Virus record (IMG/VR): IMGVR_UViG_2671180676_000004
Coordinates: 1 to 64,000 of that record
From: a virus
Taxonomy: Duplodnaviria > Heunggongvirae > Uroviricota > Caudoviricetes
Reading direction: 5' to 3' (one strand)
Length of the DNA: 64,000 nucleotides
Shown: one piece after another, positions 29,054 through 39,104 of the stretch
Layout: the number at the start of each line of letters is the position of its first letter
Position numbering within the stretch: position 1 is the first letter of the stretch
The notes under the pieces: model-generated
What the model was told of the DNA's origin: nothing
Database searches by the model: none
What the model saw: only the letters and a program-made list of their open reading frames with translations
Position numbers and translations under genes: made by a program

Positions 29054-29715
29054 GCAAATACATCATCAACATATCGTTTCAGACACGCGTAAATAAAACC
29101 ACGCGCACGTTGGAAATCGCTGAGTCGTTCGGGCTTGGCCTGGACGAAAAAGAGTGGACGCTTTACGACAATCTGGAGCTGGAAGTGAAGCAGGGCGATG
29201 TGGTGTACATCACCGGCCAATCCGGTTCCGGCAAATCCGTTGTGCTGCGCGAGTTGCAACGACAGATGAAGGATGAAGGGCTGTCTGTAGCCTCCATCGA
29301 TGATTTTACCTTCGATAATGAGGTTAACGTCATCGATCAGTTGGGCAAAACGACCAGTGATGCGCTTGGGTTGTTATCTATGGCTGGTCTGAACGATGCA
29401 TATCTGTTTGTTCGCAAGCCTTCTGAAATGTCAGACGGCCAGAAATATCGTCTCAAGATTGCCAAACTGATTGAGTCAGGCGCTAAAGTGTGGGCTGCTG
29501 ACGAGTTCGGCGCTGTTCTCGACCGTGTAACCGCTCAGGTTGTGGCGTCTAACCTCCAGCGTGCCGCGCGAAAGGTTGGTGCGACGGTAATGGTGGCGAC
29601 GACTCACGAAGACCTGAAGAACGCGCTGCGCCCGGATATGCAGATCACCAAGCACTACAAAGAACGCGTGAAGGTGGAATATCACAATGGTAGTCATGAT
29701 GAGGTCCATTCATGA
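29050..29715 (+). CDS. ABC-type ATPase (nucleotide-binding-domain-like)
   Basis: Walker A GQSGSGKS, signature-like SDGQKYRL, Walker B VWAADEF, H-loop ATTHE; ATGA overlap. Confidence 0.65.
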   Translation: MSKYIINISFQTRVNKTTRTLEIAESFGLGLDEKEWTLYDNLELEVKQGDVVYITGQSGSGKSVVLRELQRQMKDEGLSVASIDDFTFDNEVNVIDQLGKTTSDALGLLSMAGLNDAYLFVRKPSEMSDGQKYRLKIAKLIESGAKVWAADEFGAVLDRVTAQVVASNLQRAARKVGATVMVATTHEDLKNALRPDMQITKHYKERVKVEYHNGSHDEVHS

Positions 29716-30602
29716 CGGACATCATCATTAAACGCTACCGCCCTGAAGAGTTTCCGCGTCATCTGGACTTTCTGGAGCGAATGACTGTTACAAAGGGAAC
29801 TGTAGAGGACTGGCACGCTCTTAAGTCGCTTCACTACAAAACAGACGGCAAACCTTTCGCGCCAACTTACTATCGCTGCGAACTTGATGACCGTCTGGTG
29901 GGCGTCGTGGTTATGGCTTACCCGAAACTACTGTTGGCACCTCGCCACCGCATGTTTCCTAAGTTGAAACCAACCACTAATACCACCGTGGCTAACCAGT
30001 ACTGGGGTCGGTACGTGAATAACAACTTTGCGGTGATCAGTCGCTCAGTTGTGGATACTCAGTATCGTGGCGTAGGCGTCTCTTATCGAATGATTAACCT
30101 GGTTAGCAGGATGCATGACCGGCCAATCATTGAGATCCAGTCCTCGATGAGCAAATACAATCCCTTCGCCATGAAAGCAGGGTTTAAGTTCATCCGCCCT
30201 GAGCGACCGAAGAGCTATGAAAGTGCACTGCGTGTATTCCAGCGCCATTTTCGTTCCGACCCGGGTGATAACGAGGCGATCGTCAAAGAGTTGTTCGCAA
30301 TGAGCGAGTCTCGTCGTCGCCGTGCACTGCGTGATCTGGTGGCGGACTACCATAAGAACAGTTCCCTGGCAAAAGCTGGGCGGAATCGTGGCACGACGAT
30401 TCAGGACATTGCCGACAGTCTGGTGGACGAGGCCAGCATTGTGAAGTTGCTCAAGGACATTCACAACCTGAGCTTTACGTCTCCGTTGTATGGGGTGTAT
30501 CGAAACCCTGACTTTGGTCGTCGACTGCCTGACACGCTGCCACTGCTGGCATTCGACAAACAACCTTTGGATAAACCGTTAGAAATTGCTTTACCGGCAT
30601 AA
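29712..30602 (+). CDS. GNAT-fold acetyltransferase-like protein with C-terminal extension
   Basis: GNAT motif A-like QYRGVGVSYRMI and motif B-like NPFAMKAGFKFI. Confidence 0.4.
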   Translation: MTDIIIKRYRPEEFPRHLDFLERMTVTKGTVEDWHALKSLHYKTDGKPFAPTYYRCELDDRLVGVVVMAYPKLLLAPRHRMFPKLKPTTNTTVANQYWGRYVNNNFAVISRSVVDTQYRGVGVSYRMINLVSRMHDRPIIEIQSSMSKYNPFAMKAGFKFIRPERPKSYESALRVFQRHFRSDPGDNEAIVKELFAMSESRRRRALRDLVADYHKNSSLAKAGRNRGTTIQDIADSLVDEASIVKLLKDIHNLSFTSPLYGVYRNPDFGRRLPDTLPLLAFDKQPLDKPLEIALPA

Positions 30603-30611
30603 GGATTTGCC

Positions 30612-30878
30612 ATGACGTTAACCGATAAACAAAAGGACATCATCAAAACGCTCAATCTCGGTTATGAGCGAGGTCATCTACTTGATCTGGACGAATTGCT
30701 TGAAGTTTTGCCGTACAAGACAACCAAGCAAAGTATCCAGTTCTCAATTCGCGCTCTGATAAAAAAGGGGCTTGTGGAGAAAGGGCATACGCGCCAACGC
30801 AGTGACAATCGCTATCACCGCCGAACTCTTGGGTTAACCACTTTAGGTCGAGCCAAAGCGAAGTTACTGGTGATGTAA
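30612..30878 (+). CDS. Small basic putative winged-helix DNA-binding protein
   Basis: 88 aa; last gene of the coupled operon; followed by hairpin H2. Confidence 0.4.
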   Translation: MTLTDKQKDIIKTLNLGYERGHLLDLDELLEVLPYKTTKQSIQFSIRALIKKGLVEKGHTRQRSDNRYHRRTLGLTTLGRAKAKLLVM

Positions 30879-30900
30879 TCGGTCTGGGAGCTTATTTAAA

Positions 30901-30960
30901 GACCTGCTTCTGTATATATAAATAATAAGTAACTTATTAAATATATACGGAAGCAGGCTT
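30901..30960 (+). terminator. Hairpin H copy 2
   Basis: cctgcttctgtatatat … atatatacggaagcagg with the same T·G wobble; nested inside outer inverted repeat ggtctggg (30881-30888) / cccagacc (30972-30979). Confidence 0.5.
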
Positions 30961-30994
30961 AATAAGACATGCCCAGACCTAATTAAACAACCCA

Positions 30995-31035
30995 GAAAAC
31001 AAGTTGGTTAGAAAATGCAGTAAACAAGTTGTTTT
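30995..31035 (+). promoter_or_regulatory. Tandem motif A copies upstream of the small terminase gene
   Basis: gaaaacaagttgg and aaacaagttgtttt, followed by palindrome agagcgc-atggac-gcgctct. Confidence 0.4.
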
Positions 31036-31074
31036 AGAGCGCATGGACGCGCTCTGTGTGTTTTAGAGGGATCT

Positions 31075-31707
31075 ATGACGGTCGAAAAAGACGAGGTAAA
31101 AACTCGCCTGACACCAGCGGAGTGGGCCGAAGCTGAAGCCAAATGGACGTCAGGCGAATATACACTCTCAAAGCTGGAGGAAGAGTACGGCATTCGTCGT
31201 GAAACACTCTCCAGACATTTCAAAAAGCGAGGATTAGAGAAAGGCGCGGACTCTGTTGGGAAGATGGTTCGTGAGTCTCTTAAATCTGACGCAGAGCTTC
31301 GCGCTAAAGCCCGTGCGGAAAAGATAGAAGAACGTCGTACACGTTATGACGGCTGGGCGTATGCGTTGGGGCAGATGGTGATGGTCGAAGTCACTACGGC
31401 CAAACGTGAGGGTAAGCCTTTAGGGGCGATTGAGGATTCTCTCAAGAGCTTACAGAGAGCCAGTAATACCCTTGCAAAATGCTTTGAAGTTTCGTCCAAA
31501 GCATTGGGCATGGATCATGCGGAAAATGACGAGGAAGAAATTCCGAACCTGGTATTTGGTGAGCTTACGCCTTCCCAGGTGGCGAAATTACGTCAGGAAG
31601 ACGACGAGCCTGAAATCATCGATGACGAATTGCTTGAGACGTTGGAAGAAGAAGCTCTAAGCGAATTTGATGCGACAGATGATGGAAGTGAAGGGGAGGA
31701 CGAATAA
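31075..31707 (+). CDS. Terminase small subunit (putative)
   Basis: 210 aa directly upstream of and overlapping TerL; acidic C-terminus. Confidence 0.55.
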   Translation: MTVEKDEVKTRLTPAEWAEAEAKWTSGEYTLSKLEEEYGIRRETLSRHFKKRGLEKGADSVGKMVRESLKSDAELRAKARAEKIEERRTRYDGWAYALGQMVMVEVTTAKREGKPLGAIEDSLKSLQRASNTLAKCFEVSSKALGMDHAENDEEEIPNLVFGELTPSQVAKLRQEDDEPEIIDDELLETLEEEALSEFDATDDGSEGEDE

Positions 31708-32963
31708 TGGCAATCCCGTCCTCGCTCAGTCTTGTGCAACTGCATTCTGGACAGATGAAAGTCTTCCAGTCTCCGCATCGATTTAAAGTTGTTTGTGCTG
31801 GTCGACGCTGGGGAAAATCCCGGTTGTCGATCTCCACTATTATTCGTGCGGCGGCAAAGGAAAAAAAGCAAAGGGTCTGGTATGTCGCTCCTACTTACCA
31901 GATGGCTCGCCAGATTTTGTGGGACGATCTACAGGAAGTTCTGCCTCGTAAGTGGGTTAGGAAAAAGAACGACACCACGATGACAATCGTGTTGAAGAAC
32001 GGTTCGGAGATCGCCCTCAAAGGTGCTGATAAGCCTGACACTCTGCGCGGCGTAGCGTTGCATTTTGTAGTGCTTGATGAATTTCAGGATATGAAGGCTG
32101 ACACCTGGTACAAGGTGTTACGACCTACTCTTTCATCGACACGCGGCGGTGCACTGATCATTGGTACGCCAAAAGGTTTCTCGGAATTTCACAAACTGTG
32201 GACTATAGGCCAGAACGTAGAGCTGCAAAGAAAGGGACAGTGGAAGAGCTGGCAGTTTGTAACTGCCGATTCTCCGTTTGTGCCTACGGCGGAAATTGAA
32301 GCTGCTAAGAACGATATGGACCCGAAATCGTTCGCTCAGGAGTACCTGGCGAGCTTTGAGAACATGTCCGGGCGCGTTTACTACCCGTTCGATCGTAACG
32401 TGCATGTAAAACCGCTTCAGTTCAACCCTCGGTTGCCTATATGGGTAGGGCAGGACTTCAACATTGACCCGATGTCTTCAGTAATTTTGCAACCTCAGCC
32501 AAATGGTGAGCTATGGGCAATTGATGAATTGGTGCTCTTTTCCTCTAACACGGCAGAGGTTTGTGATGAGCTTGAGAGACGCTTCTGGCGCTGGAAATCA
32601 CAGATAACGGTATTTCCAGATCCGGCAGGTGCTTATCGCCAACATGCTCGCGGGGAGTCTGACGTCGACATATTCAAAGAGAAGGGATTCTTACGTGTCG
32701 ATTATTCGAAAAAGCACCCGCCAATTGCGGATCGTGTTAATGCTGTTAACCGAATGCTGATGACCGCATCTGGAGATATCCGGTTGTATATCGATCCGAA
32801 GTGCAAGCATTTGATTGATTCACTGGAAAAAGTCATCTACAAGCCTGGAACACGAGATATGGATAAGACAGGTGGCATTGAGCATAGTGCAGACGCATTG
32901 GGCTATCCAGTACATCGTAGGTATCCAGTCAAAAACCGTGTTATTCTTGGTGGTTCTCGATAG
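31707..32963 (+). CDS. Terminase large subunit
   Basis: Walker A-like VVCAGRRWGKS; C-terminal acidic nuclease-type segment. Confidence 0.85.
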   Translation: MAIPSSLSLVQLHSGQMKVFQSPHRFKVVCAGRRWGKSRLSISTIIRAAAKEKKQRVWYVAPTYQMARQILWDDLQEVLPRKWVRKKNDTTMTIVLKNGSEIALKGADKPDTLRGVALHFVVLDEFQDMKADTWYKVLRPTLSSTRGGALIIGTPKGFSEFHKLWTIGQNVELQRKGQWKSWQFVTADSPFVPTAEIEAAKNDMDPKSFAQEYLASFENMSGRVYYPFDRNVHVKPLQFNPRLPIWVGQDFNIDPMSSVILQPQPNGELWAIDELVLFSSNTAEVCDELERRFWRWKSQITVFPDPAGAYRQHARGESDVDIFKEKGFLRVDYSKKHPPIADRVNAVNRMLMTASGDIRLYIDPKCKHLIDSLEKVIYKPGTRDMDKTGGIEHSADALGYPVHRRYPVKNRVILGGSR

Positions 32964-32980
32964 GTAAGTAATTATCTAAG
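32961..32980. repeat. Motif B copy (taggtaagtaattatctaag)
   Basis: TerL/portal junction. Confidence 0.45.
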
Positions 32981-32989
32981 GTTATTCAA

Positions 32990-34564
32990 ATGGAATTGAA
33001 CGACAAACAAATTAAGGATCTGGTGGCGCGACGCCACCCGGAATACGAAAAGAAAAAAGAACATTGGGACTTCCTCGCCAGCACTTACGCTGGCGGGCGT
33101 GGTTGGTTTACAGACAATATCTTTCGTTACTTTAAAGAGGGAGATCAGGAGTTTAAGGAGCGAGTTGAACGTGCTTATCGCTTCAACCACACTCGTGAGG
33201 TGGTAAACCTCATCAACAAATATCTCTTTAAAGAAGACATTCATAGAAATATCGAAGAGGCACCAGAGCAGATCCGCAATTTCTGGAAACGTGCGACTCG
33301 CCAGAATGCCTCTATTGACTCATTTATGGCCGCTATTGATTTGCAGTCGTCTATTTACGGTCGCATATGGGTTGTTGTCGATAGCACGATGAGTGGTGAT
33401 GTTGAGTCAGTAGCTGACGAGAAAAAGAAAGATGCTCGCGCCTACGCCTACTGGATTTCACCTCAGCAAATGCTGGATGTGGCATGGGACGACGACGGGA
33501 ATATGTTGTGGGCGTTAATTGTGGAAGTCGCTCGTGATGACGCAGATCCTTTTACTTCTACAGGTCAGGAATACCAACGTTATCGTCTGTGGACACAAAA
33601 CGAGTGGTATCTGTTCCGTGAGGAAGTGAAGAAGGGCGCTGGTGGAGCAGGTCGCCGTCAGGCAAAAGTTATTTTAGAGGATAGCGGTGAGCATAATCTC
33701 GGCGTAGTTCCTGTGTTTCCTGTTGATTGTATTGGAGAAAGTGAATCACCGTATTTCAGCCCATCGTTGATCGATGATATCGCTTATCTTGATCGTGCGG
33801 TTGCAAACTATCTGTCAAACCTTGATGCCATTATTCAGGATCAGACATTTAGCCAGTTGGCTATACCGGTACAGTCGCTTTTACCTGGTGATGAAAACCA
33901 CACTAAAGTGCTTGAAATGGGCACAAAGCGAGTCTTCACCTACGATTCTGAAGGTGGAAACCAGCCGTTTTATCTGTCACCAGACCCGAAACAAGCTCAG
34001 ATGATCATCACTACGATTAAGACGGTGATTAACGAAATCTACCATTCAGTTGGTGTAGCTGGTGAGCGAACGAAGCAGGACAACGCACAGGGAATCGATA
34101 ATTCATCTGGTGCCGCAAAAATGTATGACTTCCAGCGTGTAAATAGCTTGCTTGTCACAAAAGCAGAGCGTCTGGAAAGGGCTGAACGCCAAATCATGCT
34201 ACTGGTTGCGAAATGGATGGGGGTAGATCTGGACGAAGACCACTCTTTAATTGCGTATCCAGAAAGTTTCGATATTCGTGGCCTTACTGATGAATTTTCT
34301 GTTGCCGAGAAACTGTCATTACTTCAGGCACCGGACTCTGTACGTCGTCACCAGATGGAAATGCTTATTGAGAAGATTTTCCCGAACATTACTGAGGCGA
34401 TGAAAAAGGAATTTGATAAAGATCTCTTGAATTTTCCTCCAAAAAATGATCTAAATACCCTTGAAAATAAGTCAGTACTTACTTATGATCGTGGTGCAGC
34501 CCAAGAAAGCGGGCAAGATCAACCCCGAGGGAATGGGGACTCATCTACTCAAGAGAACGAGTGA
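32990..34564 (+). CDS. Portal protein
   Basis: 524 aa immediately after TerL; acidic C-terminal tail. Confidence 0.75.
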   Translation: MELNDKQIKDLVARRHPEYEKKKEHWDFLASTYAGGRGWFTDNIFRYFKEGDQEFKERVERAYRFNHTREVVNLINKYLFKEDIHRNIEEAPEQIRNFWKRATRQNASIDSFMAAIDLQSSIYGRIWVVVDSTMSGDVESVADEKKKDARAYAYWISPQQMLDVAWDDDGNMLWALIVEVARDDADPFTSTGQEYQRYRLWTQNEWYLFREEVKKGAGGAGRRQAKVILEDSGEHNLGVVPVFPVDCIGESESPYFSPSLIDDIAYLDRAVANYLSNLDAIIQDQTFSQLAIPVQSLLPGDENHTKVLEMGTKRVFTYDSEGGNQPFYLSPDPKQAQMIITTIKTVINEIYHSVGVAGERTKQDNAQGIDNSSGAAKMYDFQRVNSLLVTKAERLERAERQIMLLVAKWMGVDLDEDHSLIAYPESFDIRGLTDEFSVAEKLSLLQAPDSVRRHQMEMLIEKIFPNITEAMKKEFDKDLLNFPPKNDLNTLENKSVLTYDRGAAQESGQDQPRGNGDSSTQENE

Positions 34565-34585
34565 TAAGTAACAAAGGGAATTTTT

Positions 34586-35473
34586 ATGAAACTGTGGCAA
34601 ATGCTTTTGGCCCGTCGTGGTCTGATGGATGTTGCTGAAGCGCATGAGCGTGGGGGCGCTGGCGGTGTAGCTGCTGATAATGAGCAGAGTACACAAGATC
34701 CTGACAAGCAGGGTGAACAAAAAGAGCAGCCGAAGGGTGATGACGAATACGCTGGCATGACTCATGAAGAGTTACTGGCCGAACTTCGCAAAACCAAGAA
34801 AGCTGGTGCTGAACTGCTGAAAGAGAACATGAAGCGCAAAGAGAAAGAGCGCACATTGGCCGATCAGCTTGCTCAGTACGGTGAAATCGACCCGGCGCGT
34901 GCTCGCCAGCTTTTAGAAGCTGAACAGGCCGCAGAAAACGCACGTCGTGAGGCGGAGCAAGCTGAACTGGAGCGTCGTGGTGAGTTCGATGCTGTTAAAA
35001 AACAGATGATCGAAGCACACCAGGCAGAGCTGGCACAGCGTGACGAACGTTATGCAGCACTGGAAAGTGAAAACGCATCACTGAAATCTCAATTAGTCGA
35101 GATGACCGTGGGCGCTTCCTTCAGTAACTCTCTCTTCCTACGTGACAAAGTTCTGATGACTCCGGCAAAAGCCCGCGTGATCTACGGTTCTCATTTTGAA
35201 GTGGGTGAAGACGGTAGCGTAGTGGGTTATGACAAACCGGCAGGTCATAAAGAACGAGCTGTTCTGGTTGACGGTGAAGGTAAGCCGTTGCCGTTTGAAT
35301 CCGCGATTGAACGCATTGTGCGGGCAGATCCGGAAGCTGACGCATTGATGCGTAGCGAAGCCAAGCAGGGTGTAGGCTCACATTCCAAATCGACCTACAC
35401 AATATCCCAACCGAAGAACAAGTCGACTATGGATAAGTTGGCCTCCGGTCTGGGGAAAATTGGACTTAAGTAA
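34586..35473 (+). CDS. Head scaffolding protein (putative)
   Basis: Charged helical/coiled-coil composition; between portal and capsid genes. Confidence 0.55.
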   Translation: MKLWQMLLARRGLMDVAEAHERGGAGGVAADNEQSTQDPDKQGEQKEQPKGDDEYAGMTHEELLAELRKTKKAGAELLKENMKRKEKERTLADQLAQYGEIDPARARQLLEAEQAAENARREAEQAELERRGEFDAVKKQMIEAHQAELAQRDERYAALESENASLKSQLVEMTVGASFSNSLFLRDKVLMTPAKARVIYGSHFEVGEDGSVVGYDKPAGHKERAVLVDGEGKPLPFESAIERIVRADPEADALMRSEAKQGVGSHSKSTYTISQPKNKSTMDKLASGLGKIGLK

Positions 35474-35498
35474 CATCTAAATCAAAGGGAATTGATAG

Positions 35499-36374
35499 AT
35501 GCCATTACTGCGTGAAGAAGCTGAAAAGCTGTCTAACAACGAACTTGAACAGGGCGTGATTGAAACCATCATCGATCGCGATGACCTGTTTGCCATCCTG
35601 CCTTTTATGAAAATTACTTCAAAGGCATATCTGTACAACCGTGAAAAAACGCTGAGTGAAGCTACCTTCATCGACGTTAACGACACCATCCCGGAAGGTG
35701 CAGCAACCTTCGAAGAATGCGTTGCGAAACTGCGTATTCTGGCTGGTGACGTAGACGTTGATAAATTCCTGGCAACCACTATGGCCGACACCAATAACCA
35801 GTTGGCTATTCAGGTTCGTCAGAAAGTTAAAGGTCTGGCTCGTGCGTTCCGTCGCAATCTGATTTTGGGTGACTCCAGCACCAACAACAAAGCGTTTGAC
35901 GGCATTCCACGCCTGATGCACGCAGATCAGAAGATCGATATCGCCGGTGCATCTATGACTTTCTCTATGTTCGACGAACTGGTCGATGCGGTGAAAGATC
36001 TTGGTGCTGACTGCATCATGATGCGTTCAGAGCACCTTCGTGCTTACCGTGCGCTGCTGCGTACAGTAAACGTAGGTCCGTCTGAAATCATGATGGAGAA
36101 CTTCGGTCGTCCGATGCTGTGTCATAACGGCGTTCCGTTCATCATCAACGACTTCATCCCGACTGATTCTGGCAAAGCAAGCATCTACTGCTTGCATCTG
36201 TCAGAAGAGAACGGCGTTACTGGTCTGTATGGCGGCGATAACGCAGGTATCGTTGTTGAAAACATTGGTACTGTACAGAACAAAGACGCAGTACGTACCC
36301 GTGTGAAGTGGTACTGCTCTCTGGCGAATAAGCACGATAAGGCTATCGCTGCACTGACCAATGTAAAAATTTAA
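35499..36374 (+). CDS. Major capsid protein (putative)
   Basis: 291 aa after the scaffold gene; followed by a strong intrinsic terminator. Confidence 0.7.
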   Translation: MPLLREEAEKLSNNELEQGVIETIIDRDDLFAILPFMKITSKAYLYNREKTLSEATFIDVNDTIPEGAATFEECVAKLRILAGDVDVDKFLATTMADTNNQLAIQVRQKVKGLARAFRRNLILGDSSTNNKAFDGIPRLMHADQKIDIAGASMTFSMFDELVDAVKDLGADCIMMRSEHLRAYRALLRTVNVGPSEIMMENFGRPMLCHNGVPFIINDFIPTDSGKASIYCLHLSEENGVTGLYGGDNAGIVVENIGTVQNKDAVRTRVKWYCSLANKHDKAIAALTNVKI

Positions 36375-36384
36375 TCAGTGTAGT

Positions 36385-36400
36385 AGATAAGTAGTTATCT
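36385..36400. repeat. Motif B-like palindrome (agataagtagttatct)
   Basis: Capsid/decoration junction. Confidence 0.35.
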
Positions 36401-36407
36401 ATGTTAA

Positions 36408-36436
36408 AGGGTGGGCTATACGCCCACCCTTTTTGT
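36408..36436 (+). terminator. Intrinsic terminator after the major capsid gene
   Basis: agggtgggc-tatac-gcccaccct + TTTTGT. Confidence 0.85.
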
Positions 36437-36447
36437 AGGAGCGAGAA

Positions 36448-37368
36448 ATGCCAGAACAAAAGATGAAGATTACGGAAGAGGCATTTTCGGATTTTACGGG
36501 GCATATGTGCCGTGCCGGATTTACCAATTCTATCTCCGATGAACCTTTAACCGAGCGGCAACAAAGTCAGCTATCTGCTTGTTTGCAGGCGGTTCCCCTC
36601 TCCCAATCCGTAAACATAACCCCGGCTTCACCGTCAGTTTTGGTTGGGAAAACTGTTCAACTTAGTGCAGGTATTAGTATGGGTAAGAGTGCCAGTTCAT
36701 TCACCTGGAAGTCAGCCAATGACCAAATTGCAACCGTTAACGGCACTGGATTAGTAACTGGCGTAGCACCAGGCAAAGTAAAAATTACTGCAACTGATCA
36801 GGAAACCCAGCTTTCCGCTTCAGTGGAAGTCACCGTAAATCCGGTAGCCGTTCAATCCGTAACGGTAACGCCAGAATCAACGTCTGTTGAGAAAGGGAAA
36901 TCAGTCAGTCTGAAAGCGAATGTTCAGCCGTCAAATGCGACGAATAAGGCTGTTACCTGGTCTTCCAAAAATGAAGATAAGGCAACGGTAGACCAGAGCG
37001 GGAACGTTACTGGTGTAGAAGTTGGCACTGCGACGATTGAGATCGTTTCCCAAGATGGCAGCAAAAAGGCAACTGCAACGGTGGAAGTAACTGCGCCTGT
37101 TGTGGCTGTTACCGGCGTCGAAATCGACCCAAATAGCACAACCGTTGAGGCAAACAAAACTGTTCAGCTGACAGCAAATGTCGAGCCGGCAGGAGCCACA
37201 AATAAAACCGTTACTTGGGAATCCAAAAATACCGAGTTTGCAACGGTTGACAGCGAAACCGGTGTTGTAACTGGTGTTGCGGCTGGTACTGCCACAATCG
37301 AGGTTACTACCCAAGATGGTAGCCACAAAGCGACAGCAACTGTAGAAGTTACTGCCGCACAGGAATAA
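36448..37368 (+). CDS. Ig-like (Big_2-type) repeat protein, putative head decoration
   Basis: Three repeats of a roughly 90-aa unit (…VTV/VTA…KxVxLxANVxPxxATNKxVTW(S/E)SKN…ATVD…GVxxGTATIEV…DGSxKATATVEVTA). Confidence 0.6.
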   Translation: MPEQKMKITEEAFSDFTGHMCRAGFTNSISDEPLTERQQSQLSACLQAVPLSQSVNITPASPSVLVGKTVQLSAGISMGKSASSFTWKSANDQIATVNGTGLVTGVAPGKVKITATDQETQLSASVEVTVNPVAVQSVTVTPESTSVEKGKSVSLKANVQPSNATNKAVTWSSKNEDKATVDQSGNVTGVEVGTATIEIVSQDGSKKATATVEVTAPVVAVTGVEIDPNSTTVEANKTVQLTANVEPAGATNKTVTWESKNTEFATVDSETGVVTGVAAGTATIEVTTQDGSHKATATVEVTAAQE

Positions 37369-37412
37369 CCGATATTGGGCGGCTTTCGCCGCCCAAGTGG
37401 AGAGAAAGCGTT

Positions 37413-37847
37413 ATGAAACCAGCAAAAATTGTTTTATTAGAACCGCAATTTTCCGGTTATTCGGGAATGCTGTGTGGCGTTCAGTTCGAGAACGGGGTAT
37501 CCGTAGCGGAGTTGCCTTTTATCGATCAGCAGAGGATTTGTGCTTCAATGCGAGCGTCAACAGTAGAGGGCAAAAATGTTTCTCCGTCTGCCGCATACAG
37601 TGATCGTGGTGAATTGACAGCAGACCTGATTACCGAGCCAGCAGCGCCTGACATTGTGCCAATGAAACGTGGGACACCAGATGAACCGGCCAAACAGATC
37701 CAGACTTTCACACGAGAAGAGCTGGAGTCAATTGCAGACAACGAAGGTATTGCCGGTCTACGAGTTATTGGTAATCAGGTTGGTGTCAAAGCGAAAGGAA
37801 TTGTCGAAATGATTGACGGCATCCTGAAAGCACAAGGCGGTGAGTAA
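37413..37847 (+). CDS. Hypothetical head/neck protein
   Basis: ORF in the morphogenesis operon. Confidence 0.45.
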   Translation: MKPAKIVLLEPQFSGYSGMLCGVQFENGVSVAELPFIDQQRICASMRASTVEGKNVSPSAAYSDRGELTADLITEPAAPDIVPMKRGTPDEPAKQIQTFTREELESIADNEGIAGLRVIGNQVGVKAKGIVEMIDGILKAQGGE

Positions 37848-38680
37848 TGGCGCAGATCGACTCGTATCGTAGCGGTGAAGCTGTTTCTCTTTCATTTGCC
37901 TTCAACGTGCTGGATATCGAATCTGCCACCTACACAGTAAAGGACAGCACCGGGGCTATTCTCGTTGATGGCGAGCCGCTAGAAATTACCATCGGTCAAA
38001 TGTCGATTCCGGTTGTCGTGTCGGCTGAATATAACCAGCTCTCTGAGAAAGAGCGAGATCTGCGGTACGTCATTGTGAAGGCTGTTGCATCGGGTCTGAC
38101 GCATGAAGAGCGGCAAATGTATGTTCTGCTGAATAGTTTTGAACTGTCGATACCAGAACAGTCGTTTGCAACTGTCGCTGATGCTCAAATGCAGGCGATC
38201 GATATGCTGAATGGGGACACTTTGCTGTCGGATGGTGAAGGCTTAATGCGCAAGCGTCTCATTGAGGCTACCAGACGAATTAAAACTTTACCGTTCTCAA
38301 TCCGCAAAATTCTACGTATCGACTTTGACCGATACGATCGCCCTCAAAATATGCTGAATGTGTATGACATTCCGTGGGGAGCAGATGGAGCGTACCGGCA
38401 TGATTTAGTCGATTGGGAAAAGATGACGCAGGAGAAGTTTGAAGAGTTCCCTGACTACTTCAAAGAAGCGTTGATGCTTGCCGTTGTCAACGAAGCGTGT
38501 GAGATCGCAAATGGCAATGATGTAGCCGCAGCACGAGAGGATGGCATTTTGTCAGAGTCCATCGGTGAAACAACCAACATGTACCGTACCGGTAAAGCTG
38601 CAAACGTGCATGTGGCTCGTAGTACCTGGCGCTTGCTGGTCAGTTACATCAACAACCGTATGATTGTTCGCCGTGCGTAA
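37847..38680 (+). CDS. Hypothetical head-tail connector/completion protein
   Basis: ATG overlaps the upstream stop; position. Confidence 0.45.
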   Translation: MAQIDSYRSGEAVSLSFAFNVLDIESATYTVKDSTGAILVDGEPLEITIGQMSIPVVVSAEYNQLSEKERDLRYVIVKAVASGLTHEERQMYVLLNSFELSIPEQSFATVADAQMQAIDMLNGDTLLSDGEGLMRKRLIEATRRIKTLPFSIRKILRIDFDRYDRPQNMLNVYDIPWGADGAYRHDLVDWEKMTQEKFEEFPDYFKEALMLAVVNEACEIANGNDVAAAREDGILSESIGETTNMYRTGKAANVHVARSTWRLLVSYINNRMIVRRA

Positions 38681-38759
38681 CGCCAGTCGCATTATTTACT
38701 TTTGGTCGAAAGGTTTTTTGGCCAGTAATGAGAGCGACCGACAACAACAGGGAGAGAGC

Positions 38760-39104
38760 ATGAATATTTCATGGCAAACAGAAATTGCGATCTACCGCTT
38801 TGGCGCAAAGAACGTTTACGGTGAGGCGCAATTACAATTCGTCAGGAAGACGAATGTCGGCGTGGTTAAGTTCGAACAGAGTAATGAGAAATCGTCAGTT
38901 CGTGCTGATAGCTCTGGTAGTCGTGGTAAGGCGAGTCTGGAGCTGTTTGATGCTGTGTTAGTTGTCCCTTTAGAAGCGGCTGTACAACTTGATGATGTAC
39001 TGATCCTTGAAGGTCAAAAATTAAAGGTGTCCAGTGTTCATCGCCGCTGGGGGCTACGAGGAAGACCTGGGCATCTTGAAGTAGGGGCGAATATATGGGT
39101 CTGA
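38760..39104 (+). CDS. Hypothetical head-tail joining protein
   Basis: ATG 38760 with SD GGGAGAG. Confidence 0.45.
   Translation: MNISWQTEIAIYRFGAKNVYGEAQLQFVRKTNVGVVKFEQSNEKSSVRADSSGSRGKASLELFDAVLVVPLEAAVQLDDVLILEGQKLKVSSVHRRWGLRGRPGHLEVGANIWV

Noticed and set aside
37397-37603. ORF 37397..37603 overlapping the start of 37413..37847
   Set aside because: Alternative frame of a gene with a better-supported, longer reading frame.
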